Assembly: GCA_018716545.1 (NCBI GenBank)
Contig: DVJU01000110.1
Span: 1 to 59,173, forward strand
DNA length: 59,173 nt
Direction of reading: 5' to 3'
DNA from: Candidatus Scatomorpha pullicola
GTDB lineage: Bacteria > Bacillota > Clostridia > Oscillospirales > Oscillospiraceae
The translations under genes were made by a program, and so were the position numbers. Shown here piece by piece: positions 1 through 8,473 of the stretch (position 1 is the stretch's first letter; the number at the start of each line of letters is the position of its first letter). Below the pieces are notes generated by a model, which saw only the letters and a program-made list of their open reading frames with translations, was not told where the DNA came from and made no database searches.

Positions 1-1
1 G

Positions 2-931
2 GGAATACGCGACAGGCTTGTCCAGCTTGTGTTCCTGCCCGGATACCCGATCGCGATAAGGCTCATGAACTACCTCATGGGAGACTATGTCGTCTCCGGG
101 CTGCTGGTCTCCTGGCTGAGCTTTGCCGGAGCCGGCAGCGTTGTCTACTCCCTGCTCAGGCTCGATTACAGCCACGAGCAGAGCCTACGGGCGGTGAAAT
201 ACCTCTGCATCATCCCGGGCGTGTTCTTCTTCATAGCGCCCATGAGCGAGAGCCTGTTCTTGCTGCTGTCGGTCGGCTGCGTGTACCTCGCGAGGCGCGG
301 GAAGGTCGGTCTCGGCTGCCTGCTGGGCGCCTATGCGGCCTTCACCCGTTCGCTGGGGCTGATGCTGTTCGTGCCGGTGTGCATGGAGCTGGTGCACGAG
401 GCGGTCAACGCTCCGCGCGGGCAGCGGCGGCTCGGGCGGTTCCTCTGGCTGCTCCTCATCCCGGCGGGATTTGCGGCGTACTGCTTTATAAACTGGCAGG
501 TTTCGGGCAACCCCTTCCAGTACATGGTCTATCAGCGCGAGCACTGGGGTCAGGAGCTGGGTCTGTTCTTCAACACGGCGGCGTACCAGCTGGACAACGT
601 GATAGCGTGCTGGCCGGGGAACATCACCAATTTGCTGGGGCTCTGGCTGCCGAACGTGGTGTTCGACTTTGCGGCGCTGGCCGTAATGGTGTACGCCGCA
701 AAGAAGATGCGTCCCGGCTATGTGGCCTGGTTCATCGCCTACTACTTCATTGCCATCGGCGCCACCTGGCTGCTGAGCGCGCCGAGGTACATGATAAGCC
801 TGCTGCCCTTCTTCCTGGGCGTGTCTCTGATTGCAAATACGCCGAAAAAGGACAAGATACTCACGATAGTATGCGGTATCCTCTCCGTTTGCTACGCAAT
901 AATGTTTGTCCTGCGCTGGCAGGTATGGTAA
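2..931 (+). CDS. Polytopic membrane glycosyltransferase, GT-C / PIG-V mannosyltransferase-like; 5' partial because the frame is open to the window edge
   Basis: ORF 29..931 starts at a GTG and the frame stays open back to nt 2. The protein is very hydrophobic with many predicted TM segments and has an 'FLPGYP' motif typical of PIG-V-like GT-C enzymes. A hairpin terminator follows. Confidence 0.5.
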   Translation, partial: GIRDRLVQLVFLPGYPIAIRLMNYLMGDYVVSGLLVSWLSFAGAGSVVYSLLRLDYSHEQSLRAVKYLCIIPGVFFFIAPMSESLFLLLSVGCVYLARRGKVGLGCLLGAYAAFTRSLGLMLFVPVCMELVHEAVNAPRGQRRLGRFLWLLLIPAGFAAYCFINWQVSGNPFQYMVYQREHWGQELGLFFNTAAYQLDNVIACWPGNITNLLGLWLPNVVFDFAALAVMVYAAKKMRPGYVAWFIAYYFIAIGATWLLSAPRYMISLLPFFLGVSLIANTPKKDKILTIVCGILSVCYAIMFVLRWQVW

Positions 932-936
932 AGGAA

Positions 937-968
937 ACGGGTTCGCGCCCTGCGCGCGAACCCGTTTT
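937..968. terminator. Bidirectional hairpin terminator between convergent genes
   Basis: 12-bp perfect stem ACGGGTTCGCGC/GCGCGAACCCGT with a 5-nt loop, followed by TTTT. Confidence 0.7.
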
Positions 969-969
969 G

Positions 970-2052
970 CTATTCTTCCAGCCTGTTTTTGATGAGGCGC
1001 ACGTTCGCGGCCAAGCGCTCGTCAGACGGCGATATCCGCGCGGCCGTCTCTGCGGCATCCAACGCCTCGGCGAAGCGGCCTGTGTAATAGAGGCCGAGCG
1101 AGAGCAGATCCCAGGGCATACTTCCCCAGGACGACGCCTCGCATATGTAGGTGCGCGGGCGGACGGATATCTTCAGCGCCTCCCGGCAGAGGAACACCAC
1201 GCCGTCCCAGTTTTTCTCCTCGTAGAAGCGCTCGGCCAGCTCGAGATACGGCTCGCGCAGGTGCGGAGCCTCGGCCACGGCGCGCAGCAGCCAGCGCACG
1301 GCCTCCTTCCTGTCGCCGAGCTGCATGTAGCATCTGGATATGTAGCGCATCGAGGCGCAGCGCTCATCGACCCAGGTGGCTCTGGGCAGCGTCAGGTGGC
1401 GCTTGAGCGTGACTATGGCGTCGTTCCAGCGGCGGTGGAAATAATACTCCCTGCCCAGATAGTGCATATTCCGGTCGTCGTCCGGGTCTTCCAACACCGA
1501 CATTTCCAGCAGCGGCAGGTATTGAGACCTGGACTTTGTGTTGTCCGCACGGTGATCAAGCTGCACGCCCTCTATGTAGACCTTGCCGCCCTCCCTGCCG
1601 TCTCCCGTCCAGCTGAGCACCTCGTGCACCGGGTGCGTCCACCGGTAGCCGAAGCGCGTGTGAGCCTTTTCCGTCCAGAAAACGTATCCCTCGCTGCCGT
1701 CGGGGTTGAAGTTCCAGGTGTAGCGGTATGCCGCCCTGGACGTGCCGGGAATCCAGGCGCGCTCAAACAGAACCCTCCACCCGGGGTGGAAGTACTCGTC
1801 CAAATCGGTGCAGACGCATATGTCCGCGTCGTCCGGCACCATCTCCAGGGAGCGGTTTCTGGCCACGTCAAAGCGCCACGGCGATACCGTCTCGGTCTCA
1901 ACTATGGCTCCGCGCGCTCTGAGGCGCGCTGCGGTGTCATCCGTAGAGCCGGTGTCCAGCACATATACTGCGTCGGCTTCGCACATCGAATCCATCCAGC
2001 GGTCGACAAATTGGCTTTCATTCTTGCATATGGCATACACGCAGACTTTCAA
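970..2052 (-). CDS. Family-2 glycosyltransferase fused to C-terminal TPR repeats
   Basis: N-terminus 'VYAICKNE...LDTGSTDDT...CTDLDE' is a GT2/GT-A fold with a DxD-like motif. The C-terminal half has TPR-like helical repeats. I prefer the TTG start at 2052, 7 nt after a GGAGG; the longest ORF would start at 2121. Confidence 0.7.
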   Translation of the reverse strand: MKVCVYAICKNESQFVDRWMDSMCEADAVYVLDTGSTDDTAARLRARGAIVETETVSPWRFDVARNRSLEMVPDDADICVCTDLDEYFHPGWRVLFERAWIPGTSRAAYRYTWNFNPDGSEGYVFWTEKAHTRFGYRWTHPVHEVLSWTGDGREGGKVYIEGVQLDHRADNTKSRSQYLPLLEMSVLEDPDDDRNMHYLGREYYFHRRWNDAIVTLKRHLTLPRATWVDERCASMRYISRCYMQLGDRKEAVRWLLRAVAEAPHLREPYLELAERFYEEKNWDGVVFLCREALKISVRPRTYICEASSWGSMPWDLLSLGLYYTGRFAEALDAAETAARISPSDERLAANVRLIKNRLEE

Positions 2053-2202
2053 AGTTCTACCTCCCAGCCTCAGTTGAAGGAACAGCGGGTATTTCCCGGG
2101 TGATGCCGGGAAATACCCCAAAAACAGTTTACAGCCCAGGCATTTCTAACGCTTTAACGGCGCTCTTTCAAGTCGTTTCCTGGAACCTGCCGCAGTCTGG
2201 AA

Positions 2203-3219
2203 TCAGGTGGCCAGCAGGCCGGCTGTCCTCATGTTGGCCAGCAGCTGGTTGAACTGCGTTACGATGTCCGAGGTGCTGGACGCATCGGTCACAGCAGCGG
2301 CCGGCGTGATAGTGGCGCTCGGGCCGGTGGGGCCTGTCGGACCCGTGGGACCTTCGGCGCCGGTAGCTCCGGCGGCGCCGGCAGGACCGGTCGGCCCCGT
2401 GGGGCCTTCGGCTCCGGCAGCGCCTGAGGCGCCGGTCGGGCCAGTGGGTCCCTCCGCACCCTGCGCACCGGCAGCGCCGGCAGGGCCGGTGGGGCCTGTC
2501 GGACCCGTAGGCCCCTCAGCACCGGTAGCTCCGGCAGCGCCGGTCGGGCCGGTAGGGCCGGTGGCGCCGGTGGGACCCGTGCCGGACGGACCTGTAGCGC
2601 CGGTGGGACCCGTCGGGCCGGCCGCGCCTGTGGGGCCGGTGGGACCCGTGCCGGACGGACCTGTCGCGCCGGTGGGACCCATCGGGCCGGCCGCGCCGGT
2701 CGGGCCGGTGGGACCTGTGCCGGACGGACCTGTTGCGCCGGTGGGACCCGTCGGACCTGTGGGGCCGGTCGGGCCTGTCGCACCCGTAGCTCCGGTAGCG
2801 CCGGAAGCGCCGGTGGGGCCGGCAACAGTCACGAGGCTGTAATCGGGGCTCAGTCCGGGAATCCCGGTCGGGTCGTTTATATCCGCCATGTATAGGCCGC
2901 CGTTATAGAAAACGAGATCTCCCTGGGCATAGCGTGTATCCGGCGTGAACTCCTGAACCGTCTCCAGCCCGACGCCGGTTGCGCCCGTAGGCCCTGTTGG
3001 ACCCGTGGGGCCTGTCGGTCCGGTTGACCCGGTGGGACCTGTTGCTCCGCCGCCGGGGATAATCGGGCGGCACGGACTGCAGTATCTATAGATGTTCATC
3101 CCGCAGGAGTCGCCGGAATCGCAGCAGCCTTTGTTATTGTTGCAGCAGCCGGAGTTACCTGTTGCGCCGCTGCTCGTGCCAGAGCTGTTGTTCTGGCACT
3201 GGTTGTAGCATCTTGACAT
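2203..3219 (-). CDS. Collagen-like triple-helix repeat protein with a Cys-rich N-terminus (BclA-type, putative spore-surface protein)
   Basis: Long runs of GPT/GAT/GPS triplets in two collagen-like regions separated by a ~50-aa insert. There are 9 Cys in the first 50 aa. RBS is AAGGGAG, and no signal peptide is apparent. Confidence 0.85.
   Translation of the reverse strand: MSRCYNQCQNNSSGTSSGATGNSGCCNNNKGCCDSGDSCGMNIYRYCSPCRPIIPGGGATGPTGSTGPTGPTGPTGPTGATGVGLETVQEFTPDTRYAQGDLVFYNGGLYMADINDPTGIPGLSPDYSLVTVAGPTGASGATGATGATGPTGPTGPTGPTGATGPSGTGPTGPTGAAGPMGPTGATGPSGTGPTGPTGAAGPTGPTGATGPSGTGPTGATGPTGPTGAAGATGAEGPTGPTGPTGPAGAAGAQGAEGPTGPTGASGAAGAEGPTGPTGPAGAAGATGAEGPTGPTGPTGPSATITPAAAVTDASSTSDIVTQFNQLLANMRTAGLLAT
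2570..2776 (-). repeat. Three tandem 69-bp repeats inside the collagen-like CDS
   Basis: Units at 2570-2638, 2639-2707 and 2708-2776 are near identical. Each encodes 23 aa. Confidence 0.9.
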
Positions 3220-3279
3220 GTGCTTACTCCCTTCGCCATGGTTTCAAGAGCCGCAGGCGCACTGCGCCCGCGCCAATAC

Positions 3280-3287
3280 ATTGTATG
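3280..3287 (-). promoter_or_regulatory. Possible mother-cell (sigma-E/K-like) -10 element CATACAAT upstream of the collagen-like gene
   Basis: The minus-strand CATACAAT matches the sigma-E -10 consensus CATACAHT, about 60 nt upstream of the ATG. The -35 is unclear. Confidence 0.25.
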
Positions 3288-3326
3288 TAGCAGGGAGCAT
3301 AATGCTAATCGCCGGGCAAAAGTTAA

Positions 3327-3352
3327 GCCGGAAGCTCTTGCGAGCCTCCGGC
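3327..3352 (-). terminator. Hairpin terminator after the nif3-like gene
   Basis: 11-bp stem with one mismatch and loop TTGC. T-rich tract downstream on the minus strand. Confidence 0.5.
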
Positions 3353-3367
3353 TTTGCGTATCGGTGT

Positions 3368-4144
3368 TCAGACGTAGAACTTTTCCGGCTGCGTATAGCT
3401 CTTGGCTATCCGCACCTCCACGCCGGGGAAGCGATCAGATATCCAGCCGGCCAGGACGGGAACCACTACGTTCTCCGTGCTGAAGTGCCCGGCGTCCACG
3501 AGGTCTATGTCCAGCTCGTCAGCCCAGATGAACTGGTGGTGCTTGACGTCGGCGGTCACAAAAGCGTCGCAGCCGCGAGCCTTCGCGTCGGGGATGGAGT
3601 CCGAGCCCGCGCCCCCGCATATGCCAAAGAGCTGCACGGGCTTCTCAGGTCCCGAGTACCGCAGCCCGTTGGCGTTCAGAGAGGACTTCACGTGCGCCAG
3701 GAAATCGGAGAACTCCATGGGCTTGTCAAAGCGGCAGAGCCTGCTCATAGCGTCGTTCTCAGGGCTGAGCAGACCGAGGTTCTCCGCGCCGAGCGCCGCG
3801 CACAGCGCGTCGTTCACGCCGCCCGCCGCGGCGTCGAGATTGGTGTGCATACAGACTGCGGATATGCCGCACTGCAGCATGGCGACGAACTTCCTGCCCG
3901 TGAGGTCGTTTGTGGTGACGCTTTTCATCGGCGTAAAGCACACCGGGTGGTGGGAAACTATCAGCTCCGCGCCGCAGCCGGCGGCCTCGGCTATGACGCT
4001 GTCGGTTATATCCAGCGCCACGAGCACCGACGTGACGGCGCTGTCCTCGCGTCCGGCGAGAAATCCGGCGTTGTCAAAGCTCATTTGCGTTTCCAGCGGA
4101 GCCTTCTCGCAGAGGAAGGCAAAGATGTCTTTAACGGTGGTCAT
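3368..4144 (-). CDS. Nif3-like dinuclear metal centre protein (YqfO family)
   Basis: 'DNAGFL...VLVALDIT...LIVSHHP...MHTNLD...' motifs. Start at the ATG with a GGAGGAACA RBS. It overlaps the trmK stop, and the trmK-nif3 pairing matches B. subtilis yqfN-yqfO. Confidence 0.85.
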   Translation of the reverse strand: MTTVKDIFAFLCEKAPLETQMSFDNAGFLAGREDSAVTSVLVALDITDSVIAEAAGCGAELIVSHHPVCFTPMKSVTTNDLTGRKFVAMLQCGISAVCMHTNLDAAAGGVNDALCAALGAENLGLLSPENDAMSRLCRFDKPMEFSDFLAHVKSSLNANGLRYSGPEKPVQLFGICGGAGSDSIPDAKARGCDAFVTADVKHHQFIWADELDIDLVDAGHFSTENVVVPVLAGWISDRFPGVEVRIAKSYTQPEKFYV

Positions 4145-4820
4145 GTTGTTCCTCCTTCGTGTACCGGCACAGGCGCTCAAGAGTGGCTTTTGCGTCTTCA
4201 ACTTCGCTTTGGCCGGACGAGCTTCGCAGCATCCCATCCAGAGCGCGCTCGATGCGCTGTGAGCGGGCTTTTACCCAGTCGGGGAGCAGCGGGTCGCCGC
4301 GCGCGAAAAGCGCGTCCTCAGCGTACAGAGAGTCCGAAGACCCGGCTTCGCAGAGCATGGCTATGTACAGCCTCCTCCCTTCCGCGGCGACTGCCGCGTC
4401 CCGGATGCCATAGCCGCGGCTGTGCAGCCAGAGGCACAGCTCGTCCAGCTTGCTCTGGGGCTGGAGCACAAGCCGCGCTCCGCCGAGCGTCCATGGGGCG
4501 CGCTCGAGTATGCCCATGATGGTTTCGCCGCCCATACCGGCGCAGACGACGGTGTCGCACTCCACTGCGCCGGCAAAGCCCAGGCCGTCGCACAGCTCAA
4601 AGCGCATTTTGTCCCCGCACCCTGCTTCCAGCGCGTGACGGCGGGCGCTCTCCAGCGGGGAGCGGCGTATGTCCGCGGCGACGGCATATTCGATTTTTCC
4701 GTCCAGCAGCAGGCTTATCGGCAGGTAGCCGTGGTCTGTGCCAACATCGCACAGCATACGTGCGCCGGAGGCAAAGCGAGCACATAGCTCCAGGCGCGGT
4801 GAGAGATTAAGTCTAGTCAT
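4131..4820 (-). CDS. trmK: tRNA (adenine22-N1)-methyltransferase TrmK
   Basis: The N-terminus 'DVGTDHGYLPI' is the TrmK/YqfN signature. Synteny with nif3 supports the call. Confidence 0.8.
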   Translation of the reverse strand: MTRLNLSPRLELCARFASGARMLCDVGTDHGYLPISLLLDGKIEYAVAADIRRSPLESARRHALEAGCGDKMRFELCDGLGFAGAVECDTVVCAGMGGETIMGILERAPWTLGGARLVLQPQSKLDELCLWLHSRGYGIRDAAVAAEGRRLYIAMLCEAGSSDSLYAEDALFARGDPLLPDWVKARSQRIERALDGMLRSSSGQSEVEDAKATLERLCRYTKEEQHDHR

Positions 4821-4862
4821 AGATCACAGTATGTTCGGCGCGGACGCGCCGGGTCGGGATTT

Positions 4863-4892
4863 AAAAAAGCCGGTCACATGACCGGCTTTTTT
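4863..4892 (-). terminator. Rho-independent terminator (symmetrical A6-hairpin-T6)
   Basis: AAAAAA GCCGGTC ACAT GACCGGC TTTTTT, immediately downstream of the 4896 stop. Confidence 0.75.
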
Positions 4893-4895
4893 ATC

Positions 4896-5096
4896 TCACA
4901 CGGTGGCCAGATACTCCTTGAGCTTTTCAAGGAACAAATCGGGGTCTACCTCGTGCACATAGCAGGCCTGCTCGACAGTCTCGCCGCTGGCGAGGGCGCA
5001 GCCCATGCAGTGCATACCAATCGCCATAAAGGCCGGCATGGCCTGGGGGCACTGCTCTATGATATCGGCAATCATAGTATCGCGCTTGATTTCCAT
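4896..5096 (-). CDS. DUF1858-type small redox/disulfide protein
   Basis: 66 aa with a 'GMHCMGC' motif. The ATG at 5096 is preceded by GGAGG. Confidence 0.6.
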   Translation of the reverse strand: MEIKRDTMIADIIEQCPQAMPAFMAIGMHCMGCALASGETVEQACYVHEVDPDLFLEKLKEYLATV

Positions 5097-5125
5097 TCTT
5101 GAATTTACCTCCGTGGTAGTCATTT

Positions 5126-5161
5126 AAAAACGGCTGGGACGCCGCATCGGAATCCCAACCG
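5126..5161 (-). terminator. Probable terminator after the zinc-ribbon gene
   Basis: 9-bp stem with one mismatch and a 13-nt loop. T5 follows on the minus strand. Confidence 0.4.
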
Positions 5162-5184
5162 CTTCTTACGGAATTGATTACGGC

Positions 5185-5472
5185 TCAGACGTTGTTCTGC
5201 TGCTCGCGAATCTTGGCGAAGCACTCGCTGCAGTAAACAGGACGGTCGCTCTTGGGCTCGAAGGGAACCTTGGCCTCTCCGCCGCACATCGCACAGGTGG
5301 CGGTGAAATACTCGCGGGGACCACGGGCGGCGTTCTTGCGCGCGTCACGGCAGGGCTTGCAGCGCTGCGGCTCGTTCTGGAAGCCGCGCTCGGCGTAGAA
5401 AGCCTGCTCACCCGCGGTGAACACGAACTCCTGGCCGCACTCTTTGCACACTAGCACTTTGTCTTCAAACAT
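5185..5472 (-). CDS. Zinc-ribbon domain protein (two CxxC pairs x2)
   Basis: 'CKECGQEF...CKPCR' and 'CAMCGGE...CSECF' motifs. RBS is AGAGAGGG. Confidence 0.7.
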   Translation of the reverse strand: MFEDKVLVCKECGQEFVFTAGEQAFYAERGFQNEPQRCKPCRDARKNAARGPREYFTATCAMCGGEAKVPFEPKSDRPVYCSECFAKIREQQNNV

Positions 5473-5507
5473 GTTGTACCCTCTCTTTAGATAGTTTCTA
5501 TGCGTTT

Positions 5508-6146
5508 TCAGCTTCTGCTGATGTCGCCTTGGAATGGTTTTTGCCTCGCCAGCTTGCGGCGAATCCGCTGGACTGCGTTGTCCACGGCCTTCTCAGTCCT
5601 GCCTGCCTCGGTGGCTATCTGCCTGTAGGTCAGCCCGTCGAGGAATAGAAACAGAACCTCCGTTTCAAAGGAGGACAGGCACCGTGAAAACGTGGAATAA
5701 AACTCTTTTTCGCTCTCTCTGGCAAGAACCTGTTCTTCGGGCGAACGACTGAAAACCTCCGGCTTTATCTCGCTGGACTGCCGGACTTCTTCTTCCGAGA
5801 GGATTACATATTCCAGTGACACCCCGCCGTTGAGCGGGTCGTGCTTTTTTCTCGATGCGGATCTTACGGCTTCCAGTATGCGGTTGCGTATACAGACTTC
5901 TGCGAACGGCCGGAACTGCGCCCCCGTGTCGGGGTCATAACTGCGGATGGCCTTGATGAGACCCATCAAGCCCTCCTGCGTCAGATCCTCGCTGTCGCCG
6001 CCGGCGAGAAAATACGGCCTTGCGCAAATCCTCACCAGACGGGTGTAGCGCTCTATAAGCTCCTCCTCCGCGCGGGCATCGCCCGAGACGGTGAGTCGCC
6101 ACAGCTCCTCGTCATTCATTTTTGACAAATAAGTGTAGTCTGTCAT
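5508..6146 (-). CDS. sigH: RNA polymerase sporulation sigma factor SigH
   Basis: Close block similarity to B. subtilis SigH: 'ARPYFLAGGDSEDLTQEGLMGLIKAIRSY', 'FAEVCIRNRILEAVRSASRKKHDPLN' and 'LFLFLDGLTYRQIA...AVDNAVQRIRRKL'. Confidence 0.8.
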   Translation of the reverse strand: MTDYTYLSKMNDEELWRLTVSGDARAEEELIERYTRLVRICARPYFLAGGDSEDLTQEGLMGLIKAIRSYDPDTGAQFRPFAEVCIRNRILEAVRSASRKKHDPLNGGVSLEYVILSEEEVRQSSEIKPEVFSRSPEEQVLARESEKEFYSTFSRCLSSFETEVLFLFLDGLTYRQIATEAGRTEKAVDNAVQRIRRKLARQKPFQGDISRS

Positions 6147-6174
6147 AGCACGACCAATTCATACTTACATGTAA

Positions 6175-6202
6175 ATTATATTACAAGCTTCTGGAAAGTC
6201 AA
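6175..6202 (-). promoter_or_regulatory. Sigma-A-type promoter for sigH (TTGACT-16-TATAAT)
   Basis: The hexamers are read on the minus strand in an AT-rich spacer. Confidence 0.5.
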
Positions 6203-6278
6203 GTTAAATTATAAGATTTTAACTCAAATTGAGGATGATATTAGCTCTTTTGACAAAATATTTGCTATTAAATGCCAA

Positions 6279-7319
6279 TCAGAGTGATAATTCCTCCTGA
6301 CCCGTGAACGCTATGCCCAAATGCTCGTACGCCTTGCGGGTCACGCAGCGGCCGCGGGGCGTGCGCGTCAGGAAGCCCTGCTGCATCAAATACGGCTCGT
6401 AGACGTCCTCGAGCGTCACCGCCTCCTCGTTGATGGTGGCGGCGAGGGTGTCGAGTCCCACGGGGCCTCCGCCGTAGTATTCGATGATGCTCCTCAGCAT
6501 CCGGCGGTCGATGCCGTCGAGCCCCAGCTTGTCCACTTCCAGGCGAAGCAGCGCGTCGTTGGCCACCTCCTGCGTTATGACGCCGTTTGCGCGCACCTGG
6601 GCGAAGTCGCGCACGCGCTTGAGCATACGGTTGGCGATACGCGGCGTTCCGCGCGAGCGGGAGGCTATCTCCAGCGCGCCGCCCGGCTCTATCTCTATAC
6701 CGAGTATACCGGCGCTGCGCGTAACTATGCGCGCAAGCTCCTCCGGCGTGTACAGCTCGAGCCTGAGCGTCACGCCGAACCTGTCGCGCAGCGGGGCTGT
6801 GAGCTGGCCGGAGCGGGTCGTCGCGCCTATCAGCGTGAAGTGCGGCAGGTCGAGACGTATCGAGTTCGCGCTCGGACCCTTGCCGATGATGATGTCTATG
6901 GCGTAGTCCTCCATCGCGGGGTAGAGTATCTCCTCCACCGCGCGGTCGAGGCGGTGAATCTCGTCCACGAACAGTATGTCGTTTTCCTGCAGGTTGGTCA
7001 GCAGTGCGGCGAGGTCGCCCGCCTTTTCGATGGACGGGCCGGAGGTTATGCGCAGGTTTACGCCCATCTCGTTGGCGATTATCCCCGCAAGTGTGGTCTT
7101 GCCCAGTCCCGGGGGGCCGTGCAGAAGCACGTGGTCGAGGGCTTCGCCGCGCATCTTGGCGGCCTGGATGAAGACGCGCAGATTGTCCTTGGCCTTCTCC
7201 TGGCCTATGTACTCGTCAAAGGTGCGGGGACGGAGCGAGTTCTCGTTGGCGTCTTCAGGCAGTATCGAGGTCGAGGTTATCAGCCTCTCCCCGCCTTCGT
7301 CTGAAAAGCTTATGCTCAT
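6279..7319 (-). CDS. ruvB: Holliday junction branch migration helicase RuvB
   Basis: Walker A 'GPPGLGKTT' and 'FVDEIHRL'. Start taken at the ATG after GAGGTG; an alternative GTG lies at 7328. Confidence 0.95.
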   Translation of the reverse strand: MSISFSDEGGERLITSTSILPEDANENSLRPRTFDEYIGQEKAKDNLRVFIQAAKMRGEALDHVLLHGPPGLGKTTLAGIIANEMGVNLRITSGPSIEKAGDLAALLTNLQENDILFVDEIHRLDRAVEEILYPAMEDYAIDIIIGKGPSANSIRLDLPHFTLIGATTRSGQLTAPLRDRFGVTLRLELYTPEELARIVTRSAGILGIEIEPGGALEIASRSRGTPRIANRMLKRVRDFAQVRANGVITQEVANDALLRLEVDKLGLDGIDRRMLRSIIEYYGGGPVGLDTLAATINEEAVTLEDVYEPYLMQQGFLTRTPRGRCVTRKAYEHLGIAFTGQEELSL

Positions 7320-7329
7320 GCCCGTCACC

Positions 7330-7932
7330 TCACTTCATCATATTTTTCAGGGCGGCTTTGATTATGCCCTCGGTGTTCAGCGGCTCCAGATCCACGCCGT
7401 GCAGGGCGGCGCTTATCTCCGCGGCGCTGTAGCCGAGCACGCTGAGCGCCGCGCTGGCGTCCGTCAGCTTGTCCGTGGCCTGGACGGTGGTCTGCACGTT
7501 GCCGCTGCTCACGGGCACGAAGGCGCCGCTCTCCTTGGCGATCTTGTCCTTCAGCTCATAAATCACGCGCTGGGCGATCTTCTTGCCTATTCCGGGCGCG
7601 ACGGTGAGCGCCTTCTCGTCCCCGGCCAGGATGGCCATGGACAGCGTTTCGGGCGTCGACGAGGACAGTATGCTCAGCGCGGCCTTGGGGCCTACGCCGG
7701 AGACGCTTATCAGGAGCTGGAACGCGCGCTTCTCGCTCTTGGTGGTGAAGCCATAGAGGTCAAAGGCGTCCTCCTTGACGGACTCGGCCACATAGAGCTT
7801 TATGTGCTCCCCGACCTGCAGCTGGGAGAGCGTGTTCAGACTGACGCTCAGCTCGTATCCGACGCCGCCGCAGTCTATGACGGCAAGGCCGTTGGCAAGC
7901 TCGGCGATCGTGCCTTCTAAATGGTAATACAT
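7330..7932 (-). CDS. ruvA: Holliday junction DNA-binding protein RuvA
   Basis: 'MYYHLEGTI...' N-terminus and HhH motifs. RBS is AAGGAGGAA. Confidence 0.9.
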   Translation of the reverse strand: MYYHLEGTIAELANGLAVIDCGGVGYELSVSLNTLSQLQVGEHIKLYVAESVKEDAFDLYGFTTKSEKRAFQLLISVSGVGPKAALSILSSSTPETLSMAILAGDEKALTVAPGIGKKIAQRVIYELKDKIAKESGAFVPVSSGNVQTTVQATDKLTDASAALSVLGYSAAEISAALHGVDLEPLNTEGIIKAALKNMMK

Positions 7933-8429
7933 CCGTTTCCTCCTTGGTTCAGCAGCCTGGACGTCACGCTCCGCGCGTGGCACAGCGCTATGGCGACGGC
8001 GTCGGCCGCGTCGTCGGGCTTGGGAGCGGCGGGGAGGTTCAAAAGGCGCTTGACCATGTCTATGACCTGGCGCTTTTCCGCCCTGCCGTAGCCGACGACC
8101 GCCTGCTTGACCTGCAGCGGCGTGTACTCGTAAATAGGCACCCCCGCGTGGAAGCAGGCCAGCAGAATGACTCCCCTGCCCTCGGCCACGGAGATGCCTG
8201 TGGTGATGTTCGTATTGAAGAAAAGCTCCTCGACCGCGGCGACATCGGGATTGAACGCCGAAATAAGCTCGCCCAAGTCGGAGTATATCCTGTCCAGCCG
8301 GCTGGACAGGGGCGTGTTTGCGGGCGTCGTTATGACGCCGCAGCGCACAAAGCTGTGCCTGCCGCGCTCGGTGTCTATCACGCCGAAACCAACCGTGGCA
8401 ATCCCGGGGTCTATCCCCAATATTCGCAA
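7917..8429 (-). CDS. ruvC: Crossover junction endodeoxyribonuclease RuvC
   Basis: 'RILGIDPGIATVGFGVID' motif. Probable TTG start at 8429 after AAGAAGG; the longest ORF would start at 8447. Confidence 0.9.
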   Translation of the reverse strand: MRILGIDPGIATVGFGVIDTERGRHSFVRCGVITTPANTPLSSRLDRIYSDLGELISAFNPDVAAVEELFFNTNITTGISVAEGRGVILLACFHAGVPIYEYTPLQVKQAVVGYGRAEKRQVIDMVKRLLNLPAAPKPDDAADAVAIALCHARSVTSRLLNQGGNGCITI

Positions 8430-8473
8430 GCTGTGACCTTCTTTCAAACTGTTATTTTAACACATTACTGGGA

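Noticed and set aside
379-2103. A 574-aa plus-strand ORF spanning the end of the membrane glycosyltransferase gene and the whole GT2-TPR gene.
   Set aside because: It runs antisense to, or out of frame with, genes that have clear domain signatures. Its Arg/Ala/Gly-rich composition is typical of GC-rich antisense frames.
2207-2842. ORFs encoding PVGPVGP... (plus strand) and PARPA... (alternative minus frame, 2289..2825) inside the collagen-like gene.
   Set aside because: These are alternative-frame readings of the triplet repeat. Only the G-X-Y frame has a start codon with an RBS and non-repeat termini.
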